A stretch of 64,000 bases of DNA. Origin: the human T2T-CHM13v2.0 reference genome, Homo sapiens. The position numbers and the translations under genes were made by a program. The stretch lies in NCBI RefSeq assembly GCF_009914755.1, contig NC_060932.1; one strand, written 5' to 3'. How positions within the stretch are numbered: the first letter of the stretch is position 1; every line of letters starts with the position of its first letter. Positions 31,263-47,971 of the stretch are shown here, in pieces. The notes under the pieces are model-generated. The model saw only the letters and a program-made list of their open reading frames with translations. It was not told where the DNA came from and made no database searches.

Positions 31263-32086
31263 CTAAATTCTGATATCTTATGATGGTGTGTGAGATAACA
31301 ACTCTGATCAAATTAAATAAAAATGTATACTGAGCATCTGAACATCTGCTCTGAACTTGCACTACACCAGGCAATGTGGGAGAAATAAAAAAATTCAAGC
31401 TAGAACTAAGATGAGCTCATGTTTTGCATGCTCTAGAATGGTTGCTGATTTTATGTGACTTTATAATTTCCAATAAAGGCATTTAGTTCAAAAATGCATA
31501 CTTCCTTATTGAATTCTTTCCTTGTTTGTAAACCTTCTTGTATAAACTAATTCACAAATCAGAAAAACCACCGTTCAATATGGGAGGAACACTGATTTGG
31601 AAAATATTGTTACCATAGGCATAATCGTCTGCTCCCAATTTTATAATTAGTCATAGTTGCTATGAAAAGAAAAGTTGACACTTCATGACACCAACAAGTC
31701 TGCTTCTTCTATTGAAGCTTAGTTGTCTGGGTCCTCCCAGAGGCTTTTTGGATGTTACTTTATCATTTTGACATTTAAAAACAAAATCATGTGCTTGTAT
31801 CTTCTTTAGAGACTATGTTGGTGTATGTATATATACTTTTTAACTCTATACCAGTGCTAAGGTCTCTCTGTAACCCATCCCTTCCCTGTGCAGATTTCAC
31901 TTCCAAGAATTTCTAAGTGGATGAAAAGGGTGTAACGAGGCAGGATGAATGAAAGGGAGTAGCAGGGTATGATGTTAGAGAAGTCCCGGGGAGCCTGGGG
32001 AGCCCGGGGGATAACAGGTAAGGAGGGCGGAGTCTCTGGTCTGGAGCTGGAGCAGGCAGGGGCTTCTCTGTCAACTTCCCGCTCAC

Positions 32087-32205
32087 CTGGGCACAGTACT
32101 GGGACTTGGCTGCAGCCACGAGAAGCTTCAACACTGGCTGGGACTGAGAGACCAGGGGGGTCACCGCATGGATGACTGCAGTGAATTTGGAGGGGGGCTT
32201 TAAAC
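32087..32205 (-). CDS. EXT1: EXT1 exon 6 (119 nt), (G)[39 protein letters not shown]; start of the C-terminal GT64 domain
   Basis: Acceptor atttcAG|GTT and donor CAG|GTGAGC. Confidence 0.98.
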
Positions 32206-32817
32206 CTGAAATAAAAAGGAGAGTAGAGCCTAATGAAGCGCTGGAAAGCAAGACTTAGAAAATTACTCCTCCTTGCTCCGCTGCCTCATGCTGGAGCAAA
32301 TGTTCCCTCCTGGATGATTTCTCCTTTGCTTCTTATGTCCTGACAGGACAGAAACAAGATGAAAAGCTGCTGGTTAGCTACTGCCTGAGTCTAGAGACCT
32401 CAATAAATTCCAGATCAATGTCCACTTCTAGGTTCTTGCTTTGACATCCTTTGCCCCTCTTGGTGATGTTTCTGTGATGTCCCTTTGGCTTTTTAGGTAC
32501 CCAGTGTCCAAATACACACAACACTCACCACCCTTCATGTGCTGTCTCTCCCATGGTATTTGCATGTGTCTGATTTTTAATTATGTAATGAAAGGGTTCT
32601 ACCTGACTAATCGTATTTCAAATAACTAGCTAGTGGGAAAAAAGGTGAAAGGAAGAGCATCCAGGGCCTGACTGTCTAGGTCTGAATCCCAGATCTACCA
32701 CTTACTGGTGGGGGGACCTTGGAAAGATTACTTAACCCTCTGTGTTTCCACAGCTGGGAAACAGACCTGATAGTAACAGTGCCAAATATGGGGTTATCTT
32801 GAAAATTCAGTAAGTTT

Positions 32818-33124
32818 GTCTGGGCACGGTGGCTCACACGTGTGATCCCAGCAATTTGGGAGGCTGAGGCGGGCAGATCACTTGAGACCAGCAGTTCAAG
32901 ACCGGCCTGGCCAACATGGTGAAATTCCGTCACTACTAAAAATACAAAAATTAGCTGGGCATGGTGGCATTTGCCTGTAGTCCCAGTTACTCGGGAGGCT
33001 GAAGCAGGAGAATTGCTTGAACTCTGAAGACAGAGGTTGCAGTGAGCCAAGATGGTGCCGATGGTGCCACTATACTCCAGCCTGGGCAACATAGCAAGAC
33101 TCCGTCTTAGAAAAAAAAAAAAAA
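32818..33124 (+). mobile_element. AluS-type element inserted in a MIR, with a 9-bp internal duplication (gatggtgcc x2)
   Basis: Alu consensus match with MIR-like flanks on both sides. Confidence 0.92.
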
Positions 33125-34871
33125 CTTAATGCATACAAAGCACTTAGAACAGGACTTAACAAATGACAAGTACTCAATATATGTCAGCAGCTACCATTAT
33201 CATCACCCTCACCAACATTATTATTTTGGAGAAGAAGCCTCCATATTCCCAGAATCTCTTCTTCGTGTAGCAGTGATATAGCTGAGAAAAAAAGTATGTG
33301 AGGCAGACTTTTGCCAGTTGTGAGCTCTGAAGCCCTAGGTTAAAAAGGATCATAGATATGCAAAACAACCACTGTCACCAAAGAGACAGAAGTGAGATGG
33401 CTTCCCCCCAAGGAGTTTTCCCATAAGAACTCACTAAGAAATTAGAGACAGGTTAAGAGCCTTTTAAAACTTCATTAGTTTAGACCCATTAATTTGGCAC
33501 TTTAGTGGCTTAACTGCGAGCAACACAGTGCAGGGACATTCAAGTTACGCTTTGATACTGATGGGATAAAGGCTAGAATCAGACTATATGTGTATTACAG
33601 GATTATACAAAGGTTTTGTAGAGAAAATTATATCATCCAGCAGCACTTTAATTGTATGTTAGAAAGAAGTTAACCTTCCCAATATCTAGATACATATTCA
33701 AAGTTTTGCCGAGTAAGAAGAATAAGCGTGATTGAGGGATTGCCTTTTAAACAGGAACGACAAGTCATTGTCTTTAAATTTTCCTGCAATAGTTTAAGAA
33801 GCATCATTTATACACCTCTAATGTGCTAACTCCAAAGGAAGATCTAAATATTGTACAAGAAATATACAGAAATTCTTGTCAACCAGTGCCTTAATCTGAC
33901 AATTTCTAAATTCTGTTACCCAAATGTCAGCAATATACTGAATTAGAGATGGTTCCCATAACAGGTTTGGTTTGGATTAAAAGGTGCTTTGTCACTGGTT
34001 GATGCTTCAGGCCATGCATTTCTTTAGGTTTCATCTCATCAGTTTCAAACTAAACATGTACAACTTAAAAGGGTGAGGGTGTTACGGAGAACAACGGCAC
34101 TGAATGGAAAATCTTGTCTTTTTGCTGTATCAGCTTGGAAGATGCTTTCCTGTCCTAGGCTTTCTCAAGTTTAGAACTGTAACTGATGGGAAATGTTCAT
34201 GATGTTTCTAACATGAGAGCAACTGGGGGTCCAAATACATAAATGTCTAAGGCAATAACAGTAGCCGGTGGTAGAGATTTATCCCTCCGCCATTCCCTTT
34301 TCCCTACTGTGATTAGACTGAAAACCGCTTGAAAGCAGAGATTGTATCTTATTTGACTTTTTATTTCTAGTACCCAGCAATACATTAGCATAGCACATAG
34401 AAGGAGCATAATAAACCTTGGAAAAATGAATAAATTTGTGCTTGTCACACATTCTTAGTTATTTCTCCTTTCCTCTTATTCAGTTTTTCTTTGGTAAGGA
34501 ATAGAGATATTGGGATTGTGAAAAAAAAAATTGGGGAGAGCTCTCCATTTTATATATGATGAGGCTTAAAATGATAGCTAACCCATTGCCATGTTCAAAA
34601 TGATCCATAATTTGGGGAGCCTATTTCTCAAAAAGAAATAACTCTACTAAATATGAAGTAGAGCTGCACAGATAAGAAGTTTTTCTTTTTTTCCATTTTG
34701 CAATGCTCTGCTCTGTTTTTGAACTTGATATGTCACTTATAACAAGGCTCTAGAAAAAGCAATCTTCAATGCAGGGTGTTAGATGGACCCCATTAGAGTA
34801 GAAGAATAAAGGCCTTTAGTTCTGTATGACATCTTCAGGGTAAACAAGGGCAACTCCCTGGAGGAAATTCA

Positions 34872-35009
<138 letters not shown>

Positions 35010-37206
35010 CTAGAAAATAAAACATAGCACACAGTGAGGATGAGATCCTGATGATATTTGGAAAGGATGATGCTCAATCCAAATTCGAAAGATGGTGGCA
35101 GTCAGAGTAGTGACTCTACCCTCCCTCCCACTTTAATTCTCCGGATAAAAATGTCTGCAAGACAGAGAGAGTAATGGAGCAATGAAAAAGAGTGAGAGAA
35201 ACATATGAATTATAGCCAATCAAATTTCCTAATTAAACTTCAGTTAAACCATAAGTTCTATCTTGTCTTTGTATAATAATGAGTCCATGCTCATTCCAAA
35301 ATAGACTGTATGGAGCAGTTAGTCTTTCCCTGATGGTTAAACTTCTAAGAACTAAGATAGGTTCCAGGCCCCTATCAAGAAGATCTGTTCTCAGAGAACA
35401 AGAGAGGTCAATGTAGACCTGTAGATGCTAAACGGAAAGCATATTCAAGACATGACACATTCTAGAAGCTATTGAGGTTTTCAGCTGTTCCTTTAATTCA
35501 AGAGGTAGATGTGTATGCTTGTCATATTTCATTTTCCTTTCAAAGTCAATTGGAGGACTTTGGGTGCTGGTTACTGAAGTTTTTCTATATTTCATCTTGA
35601 AAAGTAGTGAGTTAACAATTGCTTAAAACATCCTACATAATAGGACAAGAACCATGGCATATGAAGACTAATAATAGCCAAGCTAGTTCATTAGTTTCTT
35701 TGGACTTTGGGACCTTGCAGATCATTAAATTCTACATTTAGAGTCAAACATCCTCCCATCCCGAATCATTTGTCAGTTGAATGTGATTAGTCCACTTTAT
35801 AGCTTTCTCTCTGTGACTTTCAAAATCTTACAATTATACCATCCACTCATTAGAATATGATTTGGCAAATAATTAACTTGGTACAGAATTTTATGTTTTC
35901 AGCAATTTTTTTTACATTAAAAAAAAAAAAGAAAAAAATCCTGCCGTAAGTTTTAAGACATTTAAGACCCAAATCACCATTTTCCAGGTCTCCATTTAAT
36001 GCAATGTGATTTTAAGTACAGACTATTTTAAATGGAGTTTTATTATTTGCTAAGGTTATTAACACCCTCATCTCATTCCACATGGTGACTAGATAAGTAA
36101 TAAAGTGGGCTACATTTATCTTTGCAAATCTTATGTTTATTTTCCTAATGACAGAGAAGGAAGCAAGGAGGAAATTCAAAAGAACTCAAATATCTTAGTT
36201 CAATGATTTCTGCATCTTATCTTTCACCCAGATCAAAACTGCTAATTTTATATGGCTGGATAGAGGTTTCTAATTTGGTGGAGACTTTAGGAACCTAGTG
36301 AAAATATTTATTTTTACTTTTTGTGGTACAACAGGGATATGTTAAAATGCTGTTGTCTTGGCATTAATTATGAGAAAATTGTCATAGTTGTGAAGGACTT
36401 TTTACATGGTTAGCAATTTCACTTTGTACAACATTTATTCCTGCTTTTTATTATTTGTACTTTCCAAACGTACTGTCTATTTATTTCCTTTTTATAGTTT
36501 CTCTTTAGATCCTCCTTTTTTTGTTTTTTTCTTTTCAAATTTATGTACCTTTTAGGATGTGGTCACTTAAATAAGTTTGGATATCAAGATAGAAAATAAA
36601 TTGACAATAGACAGCATTATAAATCGAACCTACAGACAAATATCATGGAACTCACAGCTGTCACAAAATGGGTCATCATTCCCATCAGGTCTTTGGATGG
36701 TATGCTTGTCATTGTCATAGACTATCTTTTTGGTTCGGCATCACAACATTGTTATCTTTTAAAATTCAAAGATATGATAATAAGATATAGCACTCTTCTG
36801 AAATAACAACAAGCATTTTATACTGTCTTCCAACGGATCTTGACAGAAAGACATAGGACAGGTACGAAAGCAGTAGCAAATGTTGAATTTAACCTGGGTC
36901 AAGCAATTTGCCACCTTTGTGTATTATTTTCCTCATTTGTAATAAAACAATAAAATACCACATTAATTATAACAACGTCTCAGAATTTAAGAATAGCTGC
37001 CTAAGTTGTTATACTTAAGGCTTGATTTTTGCCTTTAAAAAGAAACTCACTCCTGTGTTCGTTTTCTAGGCATTGGTTTTTCCATTTATTACATAGTGGT
37101 AATAGTATAGATATTACATAATACAGCTATTTTTACATATTAATAGTATTCATGATTCATTATTCTTAATGACCAGTTTAGCAATTTTTTCCATGCAAAG
37201 CAATGA

Positions 37207-37596
<390 letters not shown>

Positions 37597-39944
37597 TAGG
37601 ACCTTGTCAAAGGGTATAAATACTTTTAAGGCTATTCATTAGTATTGCCAAGTGTCTTTCTAAAAGGTTTATATCAACTTGCCTTCTAAAAGCATAAAGA
37701 AATATGGAATTCATTTCACCATATAGAAAGATCATTTTTTTCCCTCTGCAATTCTTCCTATCACTACCCTGGATAGCTCCCAGAATCTTTTCATGGCACT
37801 TAGTGCTTAGTCTTTATTGTGGTGGAAGAAGACATCACATTAGAGGTTGGATGCTTCTTTGGCTATAAACAAAATCAATACACACACACACATACACAAA
37901 CAGATAATACAAGACTTTTTTTGTTATGGTCCTAGATGGCCCCCTTGATAAGGACAATATTTCTAATTGATGTGAATTCAAAGGGAAGAATGACAGGCTC
38001 CTTATTTTACTTTTATGTATCCTCTGTTTTCCAAATAATGGACAATTGGTTATAGGTTAAAGTCATTCTATGTAGCCCTTCATCTTTTAACCAGAGCACT
38101 GTAGCCTAAGATACACGATGCCACCATATGCCACCTCACTTGAAGCCAGATCAATTGTCTATTTCCATTACCCCATTGATTTTTAAATATCATTGTATGA
38201 TAGCATCAGCAATACTATGGTTCGTATGTGCATGATTAGATAACTGAGGAGGAAAATGAAGCATACTTCATTAAAACTCCACTAACTATATACCTTCCTA
38301 GCTACCACTGGCTCTTTTCACATATTATCATAATCTCAGGCACTTTCTTTCACTCATCTTGATTATGACTAAGCTCCAATGATTCAATCCTTAGTGCAGG
38401 TTATTGTGCAATATTCTGACAAATAATGGAATCCATGAAGGAGCACTGTTTTTGCAGTGTTTTTTCATTGTCCTCATTGTTAGTTCTCAATTTTCACAAA
38501 AGTACTGAGCTCTACAGAGCCTAGTTTGATTAAATAGCTCCTTATTACCAAGATGCAGCATTAGAGAATTTCAATCAAACTGGAAAAACTAAAAGAATCC
38601 TAGACAGAGTTCTGTACAATGAAACGTACTAACAACCTGACCCTGGCATTGAAGAGAAAATGAGATGTCCTGTTTTCAACTGAGTCTAAGCACTCTACCT
38701 ACAACTCTAGGGCTCATAATTGCTGAAGACCCCATAATCCCATTCCCATGGCTTAGAATATACCAAGCAAGGAGAAAGACCTAGAGTCTGAGTACAGAAC
38801 ATCCTTAGCCCAGGATCTTCAACTCTATGCTGTAACTGTGAGTAACTATGAATTATTCTCGTGCCTTAGTAGCTCCAGCAGTGACTAAATGAAGTATATT
38901 ATCTAAGTTCTAAGCCAAGTTCACATCTTTGATACGTGATACTTAAATTGTTCTTATAAACACATTTGCTGTGTTATTTGTATCTGTGGATGGCATTTTC
39001 TTCTATTTCCCCTGATTTTTTGATTATGTTGAATTCTGGGGTAATCTGAGTTATGAAGTATTTTGGGAAACTGGGTAGTACCTGTCATGCAACTTGGTTG
39101 AGAGGTCAAACTGTTACAATCCAACCTTGGAACTATATAAAGAGATTTGACAGTTGCTATAAATTCGAATGAAGTGTATGGTTTTTAGTGTTTAAAAAAA
39201 CCCCAAAACTGTGTTGCTAAAAAAAAATAATAATAATACATGGTTTAAATACAAAGGGAAAAGGCCTTTTCAGGTTCAGAGATGAAAACAGCTTGATCTT
39301 ATTTTGATCCTATTCTGATGAATGTAAGACATTCAACTGTTACAATAGAAAAATTGAGAACTGCTAACTTAATAGGTGAGAGACCATATTCATGCAATAA
39401 ACCATATGCAAAAGACATGTAATTAATGAGATACCATCTTTCATCTGGCAAATCAGCAAAGTGATAGATGTGTGTGTTTTAATTATGGATCTGTAAGACT
39501 GACAAGAGCACAGCAAAAGAGAGTCACGCCCAGACAGCTTGTGAGATTCTAGGTGGCTATAATGTTTTTGGATAATAATTTGGCAAAATATATTATAAGC
39601 CTTAGAAATGCCTAGGCTCTTTGGCTCATTAAAATCACTTCAGGGATTCCATCCTAAAGAAATAGAGATGTAGTTTAAGATACACGTAGAAAGTCATTGC
39701 TTAGATAAAGATATAGTTATCTATAAAAAATAAAAAGAACATTAATAGTAAATAATGGCATATTGGTTTAAGTAAATAGAAGTTCACAATAGGATGCATA
39801 ATAGAGTAAAAAAAATTAAAACACTGGAATGTGCTCTGGATGTATTAGAGGTAAACAACTAATAGGATAGAATTGAAAGGCCAGAAACAACCCAAAGATA
39901 CATAAAAACGTCATGAGAAAACACTGAAGAAAGAAATGTATTGG

Positions 39945-40196
39945 GGCTGGGCATGGTGGCTCATGCCTGTAATCCCAGCACTTTGGGAGGCCGAGGCAGG
40001 CAGATCACTTGAGGTCAGGGGTTGGAGAGCAGCCTGGCCAACATGGTGAAACCCCATCTCCATGGCGCATGCTTGTAATCCTAGCTACTTGGGAGGCTGA
40101 GGCCTCAGAAATGCTTGAACCTGGGAGGTGGAGGTTGCATGAGCTGAGATGGTGCCACTGTACTCCAGCCTGGGGGACAGGGTGAGACTCTGTCTC

Positions 40197-40225
<29 letters not shown>
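39945..40225 (+). mobile_element. AluS-type element lacking the central A-rich linker
   Basis: aaccccatctc is joined directly to catggcgcatgcttgtaatcc. Confidence 0.92.
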
Positions 40226-40230
<5 letters not shown>

Positions 40231-40699
40231 ACATTTGGCATATTATTTGAAACGGACTTCAAATTCAAGGAATTTATCCTAAGGAAGTAATATTGAATCT
40301 GCACAATAATTTGACCTTGAGATGATTTACTGCAATGATGTACATAAAGGAAAAAAGCCAGAAACAACTGGAATCTACCCAAATTGGGGATTAATTTAAT
40401 AATTAGATGATATCATAAATGGAATATCATATAGTCATTAAATGGAGAAAAAATGTAATAACATGAGAAAATATTAACATTATTAAGCAGAAAAACAGGT
40501 TACAATGCAAGTATATAAAGACTCCTTTTTAAAATTAAAAGTACAACAAATTTTAAATTTACATATAAAAATGAATATATATGTTTGTGGGGATATATAT
40601 ATCAATAGTGGTTTTACATGAATGAATTATTTTATATTTTATGCTTTAAGTGTTTTCTATTAGTTTCTAAAATGAATGTATACTTCTTTAATAATAACT

Positions 40700-40930
40700 C
40701 CTTTAATCCCACCAATTTGGGTAGTCGAGGCAGGAGGACTGCCTGAGCCAGGAGTTCAAGACCACTCTGGGCAACATAACGAGACCTTGTCTCCACAAAA
40801 AATGAAAAATTAGCCAGGCACAGTAGCTCGCGCCCATGGTCCCAGCTACTCAGAAGACTGAGGTGGGAGGATTGCTTAAGGTCATTCCAGCCTGGTGACA
40901 GAGTGAGATCCTGTCTAAAAAAAAAAAAGA
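40700..40930 (+). mobile_element. Partial AluJ
   Basis: Degenerate Alu with a right-arm deletion. Confidence 0.85.
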
Positions 40931-41974
40931 AAGGCACTCTGCACTCCAAAAAGGGAGAAACAATAACATTCAACATTCTTTAAGAAGGGCCTAGGAAGGA
41001 TCTTAGATGGAGGACAGGATTAAAAAAGCAAAGGGTAACTCTATTAGCTACTGTGAACAGAGGTAACAACTCAATTGATTTTAATTGAGGAGATTGCTTT
41101 TGGAGGGATAAAAGATTGCTTGCAGGAAGGAAGCCCTTGGAAGTCATTATGATCCTGTCCCCTTCATGGGAATGGGCCTGGGTCTTAAACAGCCCCTTTT
41201 ACCCAGTTCCAGGATGAAAAAAATACACACTATGCCTAAGAGAACACTGACCAGAGCTCGCCCTAGGGTGGGAGCAGGAGCCCAAGCTCAGCATGGGGTG
41301 GATAAATGCCCTGGTGTGCCTGGAGCATGACCAGCACTGGCTCTGATAGTCAGGATGGCAAGAAAACAGCGATGTGGACCAAGTAGGGTGACTTCAGTTT
41401 CTTGGTATTACTCAGATTTCTCAGTGTAGGTTCCATATTACATTAGCTTTTAGAGCAGTCATCACTCTTCCAGAGTGAATTCTCCAAAAGGAAGGCCACA
41501 ATGCCCCCACCTCATTTTGGGACACCTCAGAATCACCTCAACGAAGATCTCTGCTCTCCTTTCTTCAAGCCTGTAATGCATGCGTGTGCAGTTTCCTGAA
41601 TCTTTTCCTAGCTCTTTGTGCTACTTCGGTGTAGCCTCAGGCCAATGCTATCTGCTCTATTTCCAAAGGTTTTAATCATCTCCATGCTTCCTTTTTCTTT
41701 TTCCGTCCTGCCTTAAAAAAAAAGCAACTTGAGGACGGGCGCCCATCTGCCTAAAAGATTTTCTGCTTTCACAAATTTAACACTTTCTGTGCCACATGGG
41801 TATGATCCTGATTCTCCTCTTAACACAACTTTGCCACATTGACGCTGGTTGGCTGGCTTGCCTAAGTCTTGAGAATTCTGCTGTCCCGCAATGCCATTGG
41901 ACTGTGGTGCCCAGAAAACTACTCAAATTTTTGGAATGGTAGAGGATTTGCCCTTACTTGGCCATTATATATAT

Positions 41975-42300
<326 letters not shown>

Positions 42301-42568
42301 TAAATGAACTCCAGAAATATGTCTTCGAAGGATGCCATTGAGTGTAAATGACAAGACAGTCATGACCCACATATCCCTGAAATGATGTAAGACAGAGTCA
42401 ATCTCTGTGTCAATAAGTATAATTTCTCCCCATGTAGGTTTTCCTTTGTGGAGTTTGTCAGGAATGAGAGTATTTTCTTGGCCATGGCAAAGCAGGTAAA
42501 AGAGGTTAACCAATATATCCAAGTACAGGAATCTGGTTTTGCCCCACTGGACCAATCACACATCCCTA

Positions 42569-42790
<222 letters not shown>

Positions 42791-44658
42791 TTATAACTGT
42801 AAAACAAAGAGATGCACTTGATCAAAATAACCCAACTGGGTTAGGCTTTTATTCTTCATAGCATTTGGCTTCTAGCATATAGATCTACTAAAAATCATCA
42901 ATTCCTAAGTTGAAATGACCTTAAGAAGTGTCAGCTGCAAAGAGCACTTACTGGGAATCCACCCCAATGGCCTTTGATGTATGAAAGTTACAGTTCACCT
43001 CTAAGATTCAGTAGCACCTTATCAGTTGCTTAGGTTAGTCTATAGTCACAATTGCTGTTTCCAGAAATCCTTGACCTTGCACATGAACAACCAAATTTTA
43101 TAGAGGGGTAACTATAGGTCTTGGGGAAAGGCCAGAAGACTTTATCTCCCAAGCACTTCTATGATTGGTCACCCCAGGAACTATAAAATATCTATAAAAG
43201 GACTTTTTAGAGAATGTCTATGAGCCTTCCCATCCAATCTGAAGCTAGGGTCAGTCACTTTTATGTGCACATACCTTCTACCTCACCTTTGAGCCTTTCT
43301 GCTCCCTATATCTCTCTTTCTGCCTTCAGCCTTTACCCAAGTCTAACTGGATCTCTCAATTGTTCATATATGATTAGCCATCACTGCTCTCTTCCAGGGT
43401 ATACAATTTTAAAGGAAGGACCTATATCTTGTTATCCTGCTACACATTTTCAGGTTAGCAGAGTGGATTTTATATAGTAGTTATTAAGAAATAGGAGGTG
43501 AATATAACCATCTGAAGCCACCACAGGGACGTCATTATTTTTAATGGTAGTATAACTGAATGGTCAGGCACAGGGGCACAGAAGTCAGAAAGATCAAGGA
43601 AGGAGTGTTGCCTCTAGCAGCATTTACTACCTGTGCTTTCTTGAATGAGTTAGCTGATTTCTCAAAGACTCCACTTCTTTACTTATAAAGTGGGGATAAA
43701 GTACTAAGGTTTTAATGATGATTATATAAGTGCTTAGCACAGTGCCTAAAACATGGAAAACTTAATTAATGTAACATCACTACTATTATCATTATTGGTA
43801 TCAGGGTGATGCTATTAAAAGCTGGATCAATTGCTTAATGTTTGCAAGGGAACCTACTTGGGTCTGGAGCTCTGAAATGTACTTCCTGAGTCTGGTAAGT
43901 TTTCTGGGCTTGTTCCCTATTTTCACCTACAGTTCAAGGTCTATTTCATTTACGGAGTCTATAGTCTTTAGGGAAGATTCCTTGTGATTTGCAATTGCCC
44001 TTTTGTGCTCACCTCTTTCTGCATGCTTGCCTCCATAACATATGACTAATCCGACAGATATGGGAGTCTGAGCAAGAAGGAGAAATGCTCCGTTAGCTGC
44101 TTTAATAGGAAAGTCACCCATGGCATTTGACTAAGACTGTAACAGAGTTTCCATTGGAGGGGAAGGAAGTGGTAGCACATTTTTTAATTCAGCACTCCCC
44201 TTAGGAGGAGCAATAAAATAGCTTCACAGTAAGAACAGAAGGAAAAGCTCACTTGGTTTGACAATGTCCAAAACCAGATACTAAATCTGTGTCCCAAAGT
44301 GTATACCTGGATTTGCAACACTGAAAAAACAGAGGCAACATGTAAAGCAGAAATACTGGCAGGCAAACATTAGCCTGTAATCAGAGCCCAAGGTCAAATG
44401 GAAATAAAACATTCTTTGAGAAGGTAGACAAATCATTTATATCATAGAACCTTTATCAGTGCAAGGAAACTTATTTTTAGTTACTCACTGAGAAAGTTAC
44501 CTAGATGGCCAAAGAAAGATTAGAAAAAAACTATCCTGTTCAATTTTCATAATCATACCCTCTTCTAAATGTCAAGAGGTAACTGCTAAGAGTTATATAG
44601 GTTGGCATCACTGTTTTATCGTAGCCACAAGGAAACAGTCTATTAGAAAAATGCCTAA

Positions 44659-44934
44659 GGCCGGGCGCGGTGGCTCAGCCTGTAATCCCAGCACTTTGGG
44701 AGGCCGAGGCAGGCGGATCACGAGTTCAGGAGTTCAAGACCGGCCTGGCCAATATGGTGAAACCCCATCTCTACTAAAAATACAAAAATTAGCTGGGCAT
44801 GGTGGTGTGCACCTATAGGCCCAGCTACTCGGAAGGCTGAGGCAGAAGAATTGCTTGAACTGGGAGGCAGAAGTTGCAGTGAGCTGAGATTGCACCGCTG
44901 CACTCCAGCCTGGGTGACAGAGCAAGACTGTCTT

Positions 44935-44960
<26 letters not shown>
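44659..44960 (+). mobile_element. AluS-type element
   Basis: Alu consensus match; TSD agaaaaatgcctaa. Confidence 0.95.
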
Positions 44961-44967
<7 letters not shown>

Positions 44968-45748
44968 TGCCTAAAGCTGTCATTGCTATATAGTCTCCAG
45001 AAAATTGAGTCTGCTGTGGTTATGAAAGGAGAAAAGGAATATCACAGACTCACCTACCAATGCTGTTCCCCTCTCTTAAATAACATGCATCTTCATCTTA
45101 CTACATCAAGTGCAATGTATTCTACCGGCTTGTGATATGATACAAGTGTCTGACAGCACTCTGCAAAGTGCTCTGGAAGACAACTCCAATTGATTGAAAA
45201 GACAGAGTTCCAAGTTTTAATGGCACTTGGCTATTGGTTATTAATCTGCTTGTCCTGAGAGACAGGTATGGGAAAGTGATAAATTAATTCCAATTTGGCT
45301 GGATTGTTTTGGAAGTTGCCGAGCTCAATGAAGTCTTAATAAAAGGTCATGTATGGTAGCAAAACAAATGGAATGCACCAGAATAGATACAAGAAAGTCA
45401 CATTAAGCTCTCTTGGTGACATGATGACAAGAATATATGCAAATAAAAACATCCCAGCTGTTCTAAAACAGGAAATAAAAAATTGTAACATAACAAAAAA
45501 ACATTTCCCAGAGCAGACATTTGGGCTGGGTGCCAACTCTTTAAAACCATTGTTAATGATAGTACACAGTTGCTGCTCAATATGGAGGCAGCTGTGCAAA
45601 GACAGACTGAATATGAGAGGGGAAAAACACCAGCAAGTCTGGGTGGGTGGGGGTGACAAAAATCAAAATCTTTAGAGTCAAGCCAAAAAGTTGCTTCAGA
45701 AGGTGAAATGCCCATCAAGTTTGGTGAAATGGTAGAAACTGGACAAGT

Positions 45749-46184
<436 letters not shown>

Positions 46185-46678
46185 TCAAATTTCTTTTAAT
46201 GATCATGTATTATTTTTAAAATAACATTTGAAAAAGGAAGAAAAAAGGCTACATGGACAAGCACAACATGCATCACTCTTGTTTGGCTTTTCATGAATAA
46301 ATGATTTTAGCATACACTATCTCTGCATGGGGAAAACTCTTCCTCAGTGTTTCTGCAAGGACTTCTTTTCCTTAAGGAATCACAGTGGGAAATCATTGGC
46401 ATAAAAGTGGCCCTTTCACAAAAACTCCAGACCCCTTTCTCAATGAACACCTAAGAAATTAAGTTGTATTCAGGGCAGAATAACTTATTCCCCCAAAAAC
46501 AGATTCTGTCACATTCCTCCTTTGTTTCTGAGATAATAGGGACTATGGAGATCACAAACTGCGTGCCAGACAGAAGTAATGTTTCAGGAGCTGTGGTCAC
46601 TTTAGTTTGCTTAACCCATGGGTCTCTCAGTTACAGTTAGTTCATTTGTTATTTTAGGGAAAGTGCTGTATTACTTCA

Positions 46679-47074
<396 letters not shown>

Positions 47075-47863
47075 TTAATGAATATCCAAAAACTAAAAGG
47101 GCAAAGACATTAAAAAAAATTCTACGAATATTTGTGGTAATTCAAAGATAAAGTGTATGGTACAACAAAAGAAAAACATTAAAGTTCTAGAATTTTAGGA
47201 GAAAAGAGCACGGCAACTTGTGTTGATCCTAAAATATGAATATACAAAGGGCTTTAGAAATCCTTAGTAATTTAAAAAAAAATAATACATGATCATTCCT
47301 GCCCTCAGATTTTTCTGAGTATCGTATCCCCCTCCCTAGGCAGCTCTTGAGCAATTCAAACTTTTATTAGGGGCTGCTCATTTAAATATAAATCCTAAAG
47401 ATAACACTCGCTCAGACACCCAGACTGGATCATTTGAGGAACGATAACACTAATTACAAGAACAAGCCCTAGAGACCTCTCTCTTTCTGAAAATTAATCT
47501 GAAGGCAAGTGCAGAAACAGAGGAAAAGAATATGAAACAGTAGGGTAGAATAAAAACTCTCTGGTAATATTTCTAAAAATTCTGGTTATTGAAAGGGGTG
47601 GAGATCCACTTCTTCTTGAAAATCAAAGCTCCCATTCTTTACCTGCAACTTCTTTTCAGAATATATTCTGGGGACCTGGGGAGATTTTGTTGGAAAGTGA
47701 ACAATGTCATATTAAATGACTTCATATTCACCATGACACAGGTAATTTTCTCCTGATAAGATTTCTTTTATAGAGCTGACCTTTTGGATTCATCTTCTTT
47801 GAAAGTTTGGACGGGGGCAGCAATAATCTGCTGATGTGTTGAAGGCCACAGCCCCTTCCTTAC

Positions 47864-47971
47864 CTGTAATAACAATCTCTCATCGCCTATGACGGCAGCT
47901 TGGTTCCAATTAATCACTTCAGAGAATGGCAACTCCCATCCATTGCTGAGCATCACAGGGACACAGGCAGC
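47864..47971 (-). CDS. EXT1: EXT1 exon 3 (108 nt), [36 protein letters not shown]
   Basis: Acceptor tttgctcAG|GCT and donor CAG|GTAAGG. In frame with exon 2. Confidence 0.98.
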
